Of a DNA stretch of 64,000 nucleotides, positions 1 to 7,613 are shown piece after piece. The stretch's first letter is position 1; each line of letters opens with the position of its first letter. Made by a program: the position numbers and the translations under genes. Location of the stretch: contig CAZZAT010000001.1 in assembly GCA_964652615.1 (NCBI GenBank), positions 284,337 to 348,336 of the forward strand. Direction: 5' to 3'. Under the pieces are notes generated by a model. The model saw only the letters and a list, made by a program, of their open reading frames with translations. It was not told where the DNA came from and did not search any database. The stretch is from an uncultured Candidatus Saccharibacteria bacterium. GTDB lineage: Bacteria; Patescibacteriota; Minisyncoccia; Phycocordibacterales; Phycocordibacteraceae.

Positions 1-734
1 GCTTTCTTCACTTTTGAGGCGAGCTTCTTTGATACGAAAATGTAATCGATACGCCATCCTACATTTCTTTCCCGTGCGCTCCCAAAATGGCTCCACCATG
101 TATAGAAACCGTTGCCTTTCTTGAAGAGCCTAAAGGTATCAACAAATCCTGCACCTATGACCGCTTGTATGCCTTCGCGCTCTTCTTTGGTATAGCCGTG
201 CTCGCCCTCATTTGCTTTAGGGTTTGCTAGGTCATCTGGAGTATGCGCGACATTCAGGTCTCCACAGAAGACTACTGGCTTTTCTTCCTCAAGCTGCTTC
301 ATGTACTCAAGAAATGCCGGGTCCCATTTGCTGTGGCGAAGTGAAAGGCGGGAAAGATCCGGCTTTGCGTTTGGGGTATATACAGAAACAACATGAAAAT
401 CACCCATATCAGCGGCAATAACGCGACCTTCTTTGTTTGGGTCTCCATAGCCATCCGTATCAAGGCCGTAACGATGAGCAATATCCTCTGGGAGGCCATA
501 GCGCACATCAAGCGGGGAAGTCTTCGTGAAAATAGCTACCCCACTGTACCCCTTCTTTTCGGCAGAGCACCAGTATTCCTCGTATTCCAGCAAATCAAGC
601 TCCGCCTGTCCTTCTTGTGCCTTTGTTTCCTGAAGGCAAAGAATATCTGGCTTTTCTTTGTTCAGAAAGGGAAGGAGAAGTCCTTTCCGGTGGACAGCAC
701 GTATGCCGTTTACGTTCCATGAAACTACTTTCAT
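1..734 (-). CDS. xth: Exodeoxyribonuclease III (AP endonuclease), C-terminus runs off window start
   Basis: Minus-strand translation from ATG at 734 reads MKVVSWNVNGIRAV...CLQETK...DYIF, a typical Xth/ExoIII; no stop codon before position 1. Confidence 0.85.
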   Translation of the reverse strand, partial: MKVVSWNVNGIRAVHRKGLLLPFLNKEKPDILCLQETKAQEGQAELDLLEYEEYWCSAEKKGYSGVAIFTKTSPLDVRYGLPEDIAHRYGLDTDGYGDPNKEGRVIAADMGDFHVVSVYTPNAKPDLSRLSLRHSKWDPAFLEYMKQLEEEKPVVFCGDLNVAHTPDDLANPKANEGEHGYTKEEREGIQAVIGAGFVDTFRLFKKGNGFYTWWSHFGSARERNVGWRIDYIFVSKKLASKVKK

Positions 735-796
735 GAACGCACTATAGCAAACGGAAAAAGCGGCACCGACCTTGTAAGGATCGATACCGCTTTGGT

Positions 797-1444
797 TTAT
801 TTTCCGGCTGCTGTTCGGTACCTCTTTCGCAGAGTGTCCCTTCCAGCGGCAATCGTCCTTTCTCTTTTTATACGCGTCTGCTCTCCAGCAAACACGCGAA
901 GCCTGCTTGGCTTCAATCGTTGCGCTTGGTCTTCAAGCGCTTTGTCTCCTGAAACAGGAGCATAGGCTGGCGTCAGGTTTTCCGTGAGGAGAACCGCGGC
1001 CAGAAGGACATCGGGTTTCACCCGATACCCCATGCCTACAAGAGCCTCCAACACCTCTCTCGCCTTTGCCCCATCAGGGGCAATAGTCGCCACTTGGCGA
1101 AACACGTGAGTTTCGAACATCCGGTGCTGGATTATGGAGAAGTGCCAAGACGGACGGTTTTTAAGCGCCCGCGCGATTTTGTTTGCGTCCTCGATCTGCC
1201 CTTCGTGCACCGCGTGAAGATAGGCGTTCACCACGGGGGCGAACTTAATCTCGCGGAACGAGTAGGGAAACCATTTCATGTAGTGAAGTGCTACCTTCAC
1301 CATCTTCGAGGGCGACTTATTCTTTTCTGGAGCGTGTGGGTGGATGCGCATAATGCATGCGCAGCGCCAACCAACCCAACGGGTCCACGCAAGACGCCAG
1401 ATTTTTCGCATCTCTAACTCCTTCTTGAGTACTGCCCGCCACAT
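797..1444 (-). CDS. Hypothetical protein, W/R-rich N-terminus
   Basis: 215-aa ORF with no recognisable motifs; lies between xth and a tyrosine recombinase. Confidence 0.4.
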   Translation of the reverse strand: MWRAVLKKELEMRKIWRLAWTRWVGWRCACIMRIHPHAPEKNKSPSKMVKVALHYMKWFPYSFREIKFAPVVNAYLHAVHEGQIEDANKIARALKNRPSWHFSIIQHRMFETHVFRQVATIAPDGAKAREVLEALVGMGYRVKPDVLLAAVLLTENLTPAYAPVSGDKALEDQAQRLKPSRLRVFAGEQTRIKRERTIAAGRDTLRKRYRTAAGK

Positions 1445-1686
1445 TGCTGCGGCGGAGCCGGTATGAAAATTTCAATGAGCATCTTTTTCTTCCTCGTCTT
1501 TTTACACGAACGTACCGCTGAACTGGTCGGCCCGTGGAGAGTTTCGAGAAATACTTCGGATCCTGTGAAAGGGCTGTTTTATCTGCTCTGATGCGGGGAA
1601 GGCTGAACTCTTCACCGTAGCTACCATCACTTCAAAAACAAACCTTTAGATGCGCACTGTACCACAAGCCATTTCCTTGTAAAGAC

Positions 1687-2595
1687 CTAGGCAGGGCGCT
1701 TCGAATGGAACTTTTTATGCACTTCCCGCAGATGCGCATCGGTAACGTGCGTATAAATCTGGGTGGTATTTATCGAAGCATGTCCGAGAAGGGCTTGTAC
1801 GCTTCGAATGTCAGCGCCGTTTCCTAAAAGGTCGGTTGCAAAGCTATGGCGAAGGATATGAGGCGTCACTTTCTTTGTAATGCCCGCCTTTGCGGCGTAC
1901 TTCTTCATGATGTTTTGGACGGAGCGAGCGGTAAGGCGCCGTGCCACTTTCTTCGAAGCCTTTTCGTCTGCAAGTACATTCACAAAAAGCGCCTCTTCCA
2001 TATCTTTGCGGCCTTTAAGGTATGCGCGTACCGCCTCTTTGGCAGAAGGGGAGAGGAAGACAACACGCACCTTATCCCCCTTACCACGCACTGAAAATTC
2101 ATCGCGTGAAAGATCGAGGTCGCAGTTCAGGGAGCAAAGCTCGGAAACGCGAAGGCCCGTAGAAAACAAAAGCTCAAGAATGGCGCGGTCTCGAAGCGCT
2201 CTTTGAGAAGTTCCTTTCGTAGAACCGATGAGTCGTTCAAGCTCTGTAGCTGAAATGAGGTCGAGGGAGCGCTCGGGAAGCTTTGCAAGCTCTATGCGCT
2301 CTGGAGAAATACAGGGTATTTCGCGCTTACGCAGAAACTTCAAAAAAGCTCGAAGTGCGATGAGGTAGTAATTCTGGGTGCGGCGCTTCATGGCGCCTTC
2401 AGTTCCTTTCTGACGATTCAGCCAGAGTCTGAATTCGCGTATCTTCTCTTCGGTTATGTCGCTCGTGTCTTTTATTTTTGCCCATTCAAAGAAACGGGAA
2501 AGGTAGTGGTCGTAGTTTTCGACCGTCTTTACGGCACGCCCGCGCTCGATTTCTATGTATTCGAGGAACTGACGTTTCATTGAAGAGGCATCCAT
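1687..2595 (-). CDS. xerC: Tyrosine site-specific recombinase, XerC/XerD family
   Basis: N-terminal SAM-like domain; C-terminal catalytic region ...HILRHSFATDLL...GHASINTTQIYTHV (R..HxxR..Y). Confidence 0.85.
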   Translation of the reverse strand: MDASSMKRQFLEYIEIERGRAVKTVENYDHYLSRFFEWAKIKDTSDITEEKIREFRLWLNRQKGTEGAMKRRTQNYYLIALRAFLKFLRKREIPCISPERIELAKLPERSLDLISATELERLIGSTKGTSQRALRDRAILELLFSTGLRVSELCSLNCDLDLSRDEFSVRGKGDKVRVVFLSPSAKEAVRAYLKGRKDMEEALFVNVLADEKASKKVARRLTARSVQNIMKKYAAKAGITKKVTPHILRHSFATDLLGNGADIRSVQALLGHASINTTQIYTHVTDAHLREVHKKFHSKRPA

Positions 2596-2713
2596 ACTGA
2601 AAGTATAGCCGATGAACTTCGCACAATATGCAATGATGCTACCGCCCGCCGAGGACGGCTCGCACCAGAAAACACTTGCGCTTTTTTACAAGCTGTGGTA
2701 GAGTACGGGGACC

Positions 2714-2980
2714 ATGCTAACAAAGCGCGTAAAGACGGCCCTCGTCAAAGATTCGGGCCGCCACGACAAAGACACTGGATCCCCCGAGGTTCAGGTCGCT
2801 TTGCTTACCCGCCGCATTGATGAATTGACCAAGCATTTGAAGAAGAATGCGAAGGATAACCACTCTCGCCGCGGCCTTCTTCAGATTGTGGCCGATCGCC
2901 GCTCACATCTTCGTTATCTTGAGAAGAATGATAAGCGCCGCTATAACGCGGTTGTGAAAAAGCTCGGATTGAAGAAGTAA
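2714..2980 (+). CDS. rpsO: 30S ribosomal protein S15
   Basis: 88 aa; ...GSPEVQVALLTRRIDELTKHLKKNAKDNHSRRGLL..., characteristic of S15. Confidence 0.9.
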   Translation: MLTKRVKTALVKDSGRHDKDTGSPEVQVALLTRRIDELTKHLKKNAKDNHSRRGLLQIVADRRSHLRYLEKNDKRRYNAVVKKLGLKK

Positions 2981-3071
2981 TCCCGCCAGAAGGCGGGTGC
3001 TTCGTTTGAAGGTGGTAGCATGGGAGAGAGCGACCTTCGCTTTTTAATAAGATTTTTACTATTTCATTTAT

Positions 3072-3584
3072 ATGCCTGTCATTAAACATACCGCCCAGCG
3101 CGTAGGGATTTTTATCGATACCCAGAATCTCTATCACAGCGCAAAGCACCTTTATAAATCCCGCGTTAACTTCGCAAACGTGCTCGCAGAAGCACTCGGG
3201 AACCGCACACTCGTGCGCGCTATCGCCTACGTCATCAAGACGGATAGCGGGGAAGAGAGCGCCTTCTTTGAAGCGCTTACAAAAATCGGCATCGAAACAA
3301 AGGTGAAAGACCTTCAGGTCTTCTCGGACGGCGCTAAGAAAGCCGACTGGGACGTAGGGCTTGCCATTGACGCCGTAAAGCTCGCGCCAAAGCTCGACAC
3401 CATCATCCTTGCAACAGGGGACGGAGACTTTGTGCCTTTGATTGAATACCTTGATATGAACGAAGGCTGCCAAGTCGAAGTAATTTCGTTTGGTAAATCC
3501 TCTTCATCGAAACTGAAAGAAGCCGCACACGCGTTTACCGACATGTGCGATAACCCAAAGCGTTTTCTTATAGGAGGAAGATAG
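3072..3584 (+). CDS. NYN-domain (LabA/DUF88-like) protein
   Basis: GIFIDTQNLYHS...VGLAIDAV...LATGDGDFVPL acidic motifs typical of the NYN nuclease fold. Confidence 0.7.
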   Translation: MPVIKHTAQRVGIFIDTQNLYHSAKHLYKSRVNFANVLAEALGNRTLVRAIAYVIKTDSGEESAFFEALTKIGIETKVKDLQVFSDGAKKADWDVGLAIDAVKLAPKLDTIILATGDGDFVPLIEYLDMNEGCQVEVISFGKSSSSKLKEAAHAFTDMCDNPKRFLIGGR

Positions 3585-3622
3585 ATTCTCTCGCAATACT
3601 ATTGCTATAATCGGCAGTAGCT

Positions 3623-4948
3623 ATGGCCGATACACCGGTAGTATCAGAACAAAAAGACGAAACGAACGTTTCGCACATGCGCACCTATGCAAGCGATGTT
3701 GCAAAGCTTACGGGCAAGCCGCTTCCAAGGAACGTGAAGAACGTGCCGGCTCCAGCGCCTCCTCCAAAAGAACCTGAACCTGCAAAAATAATCCCAAAAG
3801 CTCCGACAACAAACGAGTCGAGAGAAGAAGTGTTGAAGCGCCTCAAAGAGAAGAGTGTTGTACGGGGGGCGCCAAAGCCAGAGACACCTGCGTATGAACC
3901 GTATCCCAAGGCACCAACAACTTCAGAATCTCGGGAAGAGGTGTTGAAACGCCTAAAGAAGAAGGCGGGTGTTTCTCCTGCACCTCCCCCAGAAGCACCT
4001 CAGCCGCCCCCACCGCCGCTTCCCACCGTGAAAAAAGATGTTGCACTAAAAGCCCCTGAACGTGTACATACCTATAAGTCTGACTTTTCAGAGCACGCAA
4101 CCGAAAAGGGAGCGACGCGCATTAGCATGCTTGCCGCACAAGCTGACGCCGCGAACGCACCCGTCGTTCTTGCCGAAAAGAAACAGACAAATCATTTTGC
4201 CTTTGTTGTAGGCGCTGTCCTTGTGCTTGCTGGGCTTGGCGCAGTGTATGCTGCCTATCGTTTTGCGACTGGCTCGCCGCCCATTCCTGTAGAAACAGCT
4301 GTCCCTTCGCTTATTTTTGCAGATGAACGCCTGCGTATTGAGGGATCAGTAGAGACACTGCGCTCCTCGCTTGCTGCTCCAAGCGTCCTCTCTCTTGAGG
4401 CGGGTGAAGCAGCTGTCGTGTATATCTCCTATGCATCGTCGACGAAGGCGGGCATCATTGAAATAGTCGCAACTGGCGCAGAACTTATCGAAGCGCTTCG
4501 CCTTCCTGCTCCCGCAGTTCTCTTGCGTTCGATACAACCACAGAGCACTGTTGGTGTCCTAAACGAGGGCGGGGAAATGCGGCCGTTCTTTATCTTCAGC
4601 GTCGACTCCTATGAACGCTCGTTTGCCGGCATGCTCGAATGGGAAGCAACGCTTGAGCGCGATCTTTCTCTGTTTTATCCACCACACCCTGAACCTCCGC
4701 TAGAAGAGGTGGACATGAGCATCTCAACCACAACCGCATCCTCGACGCCATCTCCTGCGCCTATGCCGTTCCGGCTTTCGTTTGTTGATGCGGTGATTGG
4801 AAATCGTGACGTGCGTATCTTAAAAGACCAAGAAGAACGTACCGTATTTCTCTATGGATACCGCGATAAGGAAACGCTCGTTATCGCAAGAAATGAGGCA
4901 AGCTTTATTGAACTCCTTGAGCGCCTCTCCTCTGCAGGGAGGAGATAG
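3623..4948 (+). CDS. Proline-rich single-pass membrane protein with a tandem 20-aa repeat
   Basis: Repeat KAPTT(N/S)ESREEVLKRLK(E/K)K occurs twice; PPPxP tracts; one TM helix FAFVVGAVLVLAGLGAVYAAY. Confidence 0.5.
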   Translation: MADTPVVSEQKDETNVSHMRTYASDVAKLTGKPLPRNVKNVPAPAPPPKEPEPAKIIPKAPTTNESREEVLKRLKEKSVVRGAPKPETPAYEPYPKAPTTSESREEVLKRLKKKAGVSPAPPPEAPQPPPPPLPTVKKDVALKAPERVHTYKSDFSEHATEKGATRISMLAAQADAANAPVVLAEKKQTNHFAFVVGAVLVLAGLGAVYAAYRFATGSPPIPVETAVPSLIFADERLRIEGSVETLRSSLAAPSVLSLEAGEAAVVYISYASSTKAGIIEIVATGAELIEALRLPAPAVLLRSIQPQSTVGVLNEGGEMRPFFIFSVDSYERSFAGMLEWEATLERDLSLFYPPHPEPPLEEVDMSISTTTASSTPSPAPMPFRLSFVDAVIGNRDVRILKDQEERTVFLYGYRDKETLVIARNEASFIELLERLSSAGRR

Positions 4949-4970
4949 GGTACGTGATACACTCTTACGC

Positions 4971-5324
4971 ATGATTGACACTACGGTATACAAAACAAGG
5001 CTTGAGGAAGAGAAAGCAAAGCTTGAAGGAGAACTTTCAAGTGTTGGTAGGCGCAACCCTTCAAACCCAGATGATTGGGAAGCAGTGCCGCAAGGCACAG
5101 GACAAGAACCTGACCCCAATGATGCTGCAGATCTCATCGAGGACTTTGAAGCAAACACTGCTATCTTGAAAGAGCTCGAGACTCGATACAATGAAGTGCT
5201 TGCGGCACTTACCCGCATTGAAAACGGTACATATGGTGTGTGCGGCGTATCGGGAGAAGCGATTGAGGAAGATCGCTTAAACGCAGACCCTGCAGCACGT
5301 ACCTGCAAAGCGCATATTAGCTAA
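4971..5324 (+). CDS. DksA/TraR-family protein with a degenerate C4 zinc finger
   Basis: Coiled-coil N-terminus; C-terminus ENGTYGVCGVSGEAIEEDRLNADPAARTCKAH resembles the DksA finger region with only two Cys. Start set at the internal ATG 4971 because the upstream ORF extends to 4948. Confidence 0.55.
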   Translation: MIDTTVYKTRLEEEKAKLEGELSSVGRRNPSNPDDWEAVPQGTGQEPDPNDAADLIEDFEANTAILKELETRYNEVLAALTRIENGTYGVCGVSGEAIEEDRLNADPAARTCKAHIS

Positions 5325-5335
5325 CCTCTATCCCT

Positions 5336-5968
5336 ATGTTTCCCATTTCTGTTAAAGAATCACTTTTGTTTGGTTGGAATACGTTTAAGTCCCGTCCGTG
5401 GTTTTTTGTTGGAGTCATCCTTCTCTTGTTTGTTATACAGATGTTGGTGAGCGCTCTGCAGAACGCCCTTCCTGGCTTTCTTGGGTTTGTTATTTCTCTT
5501 GTTGCTTCGACACTGCTGTACTCTGGGATACTGCATTTGTTCCTTAAGGCGCACGACGACGTTGCTTCTGCCCGCTACCACGATTTGTGGTACCCGAAAC
5601 CGTTCTTAAACTACTTTGGCGTCTCCCTCCTTCTTATGGTCATTGTCGGTATTGGCTTCCTGCTACTTATCATTCCTGGCATCATCCTTGGCCTTATGTT
5701 CTTTGCTGCTGGCTATCTCGTTATCGACCGCGGCCTGAACCCTATCGAAGCTCTGAAGGAAAGCGCCCGCATTACAAAAGGAAGCCGTGTAAAGCTTCTC
5801 CTACTCTTCCTTGCGATGGCAGCGCTCAGTATTCTTGCAATGTTGCCGCTCTTCCTTGGATTCCTTGTTGTCGGCCCTATCGTCGCACTCGCAGGCGTAC
5901 ACGCGTATCGCACCTTGGCGCATCATGCAGGTGAATTGGTACAGGTTGAAGCTGAAGTGAAAGCATAG
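5336..5968 (+). CDS. Integral membrane protein (about 6 TM), unknown function
   Basis: Multiple hydrophobic helices; no catalytic motif recognised. Confidence 0.5.
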   Translation: MFPISVKESLLFGWNTFKSRPWFFVGVILLLFVIQMLVSALQNALPGFLGFVISLVASTLLYSGILHLFLKAHDDVASARYHDLWYPKPFLNYFGVSLLLMVIVGIGFLLLIIPGIILGLMFFAAGYLVIDRGLNPIEALKESARITKGSRVKLLLLFLAMAALSILAMLPLFLGFLVVGPIVALAGVHAYRTLAHHAGELVQVEAEVKA

Positions 5969-5971
5969 AAA

Positions 5972-6020
5972 GACAACGAAACCGCCCCTCTGCTTTTGCA
6001 GAGGGGCGTTGTCTTTTTGT
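5972..6020. terminator. Bidirectional rho-independent terminator
   Basis: gcccctctgc-tttt-gcagaggggc 10-bp stem inside an outer gacaacg/cgttgtc helix, followed by TTTTTGT; sits between convergent genes. Confidence 0.65.
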
Positions 6021-6021
6021 G

Positions 6022-6240
6022 CTAGCGAGCGTACACCAGAGGCTCTTCTTTGAGACGTCTGATGGGTAGCCCATTGACCATGTCAGAACGAACATCCGTG
6101 CGCGCTGAACGCATCGCGGCCTGAAAGCCGGCATCTACCAACTTCACATCGACCTCATAACCTTGTCCGCGCCAGTAGTCTTCAATGCGTTCCTTGAGAT
6201 CACTTGCGCCTTTTTTTGTACAAAAATCGGATGCAGACAT
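6022..6240 (-). CDS. Hypothetical small protein
   Basis: Start chosen at the ATG preceded by GGAGG plus 5 nt (reverse complement of 6241-6250); no recognisable domain. Confidence 0.35.
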   Translation of the reverse strand: MSASDFCTKKGASDLKERIEDYWRGQGYEVDVKLVDAGFQAAMRSARTDVRSDMVNGLPIRRLKEEPLVYAR

Positions 6241-6312
6241 ACCATCCTCCTTTCGTGCAGAACCGTTGCTGCACACGCGTACCATACGCCCGTTTACCAG
6301 AGAGTCAAGAAC

Positions 6313-7428
6313 TTAGTTTGCGAGCGGATTCTTTGCACCGCGTACTTCAAAGTGGAGGTGGTATCCGGTAGAGCGACCAGTGTTTCCAACGCCACCAAGC
6401 TTCTCGCCCTTTGAGAGAGACTCGCCTACAGAAACTGAAACTGAAGAAAGGTGCGCGTAGAGGGTCTGCGTACCATTATCGTGCGTGAGTACGACATAGT
6501 TTCCGTAACCACCATTCTCTCTTCCGTCACCTTTCGCTACGATGACTGTACCCGCAGCCGCAGCAAACACGGGCGTACCTTCTGCAATACCAGCAAGGTC
6601 AACACCATTCCAACCGTGAATACCTTGGGAGCGATACGAGCCAGGTACTGGATTACCGAAGTAGCCTGAAAGTTCTGGGGTCACCTTAGTCGTAGCTGGT
6701 GAGCCTGACGAAGCGATTTTTGCAGCAGGCTTCTTTGCAGGAATAAGGTTGCCGCCTGGAATGATGAGTTCTGTACCTGCGGCAAGCGACTCGCTTTCGC
6801 TAATACCGTTGAAGAGTGCTATTTCTTCAACATCAGCATCAAACAGCTTCGCAACATCAGAGAGAGTACCGCCGCTTTTAATGGTATAGCGTACGCCAGA
6901 AACAGGAAGGATGAGGAGCTCATCTCCTGGCTGAATAGTCTTTGCGTCCTTCACATCGTTTGCCCAGAGAATGGTGTTTACTGAGACTTCGAACATGTCT
7001 GCAATTTCTGAAAGGGAATCGCCCTCGCGCACCGTATAGAGGGTAATCTCACCGCCACCCCCGCCGCCCACCGAAGCTGAAGAAAGAGCGCCAACAGGAC
7101 CGCCAGAGGGAATGAGGGCAGAGCCGCCCGTTGTTGCGATAGCAAGCGTACCTTTAGAAGGGTTTGGGTCTGGGTGAGTTGCGGGGTCAAGATACTCAAC
7201 AGAAGCATCGTGAAGAGACGGAATCTCATCAGCGGCTCGTGTCGTTAAGAATGGCCATGAAAAAGCCTCAATGCGTATAGGAAAAGCCGCAAAGACGATT
7301 GCGACTGCGAAGCCTGCGATACCAACCGCGGCTATAGTTTTGTATGCATTTCCGCTTCGCTTAGGGGCGCCAGCTCGGAAAGGATGTTTTGAGGGCAAAA
7401 TAGGGGGTTCAGGGTGTTTCAAATCCAT
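6313..7428 (-). CDS. M23-family metallopeptidase with two LysM domains
   Basis: N-terminal TM; two LysM repeats (YTVREGDSLSEIA..., YTIKSGGTLSDVA...); C-terminal M23 motifs HxxxD...GNTGRSTGYHLHFEV. Confidence 0.85.
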   Translation of the reverse strand: MDLKHPEPPILPSKHPFRAGAPKRSGNAYKTIAAVGIAGFAVAIVFAAFPIRIEAFSWPFLTTRAADEIPSLHDASVEYLDPATHPDPNPSKGTLAIATTGGSALIPSGGPVGALSSASVGGGGGGEITLYTVREGDSLSEIADMFEVSVNTILWANDVKDAKTIQPGDELLILPVSGVRYTIKSGGTLSDVAKLFDADVEEIALFNGISESESLAAGTELIIPGGNLIPAKKPAAKIASSGSPATTKVTPELSGYFGNPVPGSYRSQGIHGWNGVDLAGIAEGTPVFAAAAGTVIVAKGDGRENGGYGNYVVLTHDNGTQTLYAHLSSVSVSVGESLSKGEKLGGVGNTGRSTGYHLHFEVRGAKNPLAN

Positions 7429-7613
7429 ACTTCCTAGTACAAAAATGGCTTACATAAGCCATTTCTTGAGTTCATCCGTATCAGCCGATTAGGGGAGTAT
7501 AGCGTTTTCGCTGAAACGGTCAATGAGGACACTATGAACGTGGGGATAGTCTAAAATAGGCTGTACATAAGCCATTTTATGAACTATCACCCTATCCAAG
7601 CTATAGTTAACCG

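Noticed and set aside
1094-1417. 107-aa plus-strand ORF
   Set aside because: It lies entirely antisense within the 797-1444 minus-strand ORF, with no RBS or promoter context.
797-1444. Group II intron maturase or reverse-transcriptase fragment
   Set aside because: No YADD or RT motifs 0-7 and no domain-X signature could be found. W/R richness alone is not enough.
4854-4970. N-terminal 39 codons of the DksA-like ORF
   Set aside because: They overlap the C-terminus of the upstream 441-aa gene in another frame. The DksA homology starts near the internal Met.
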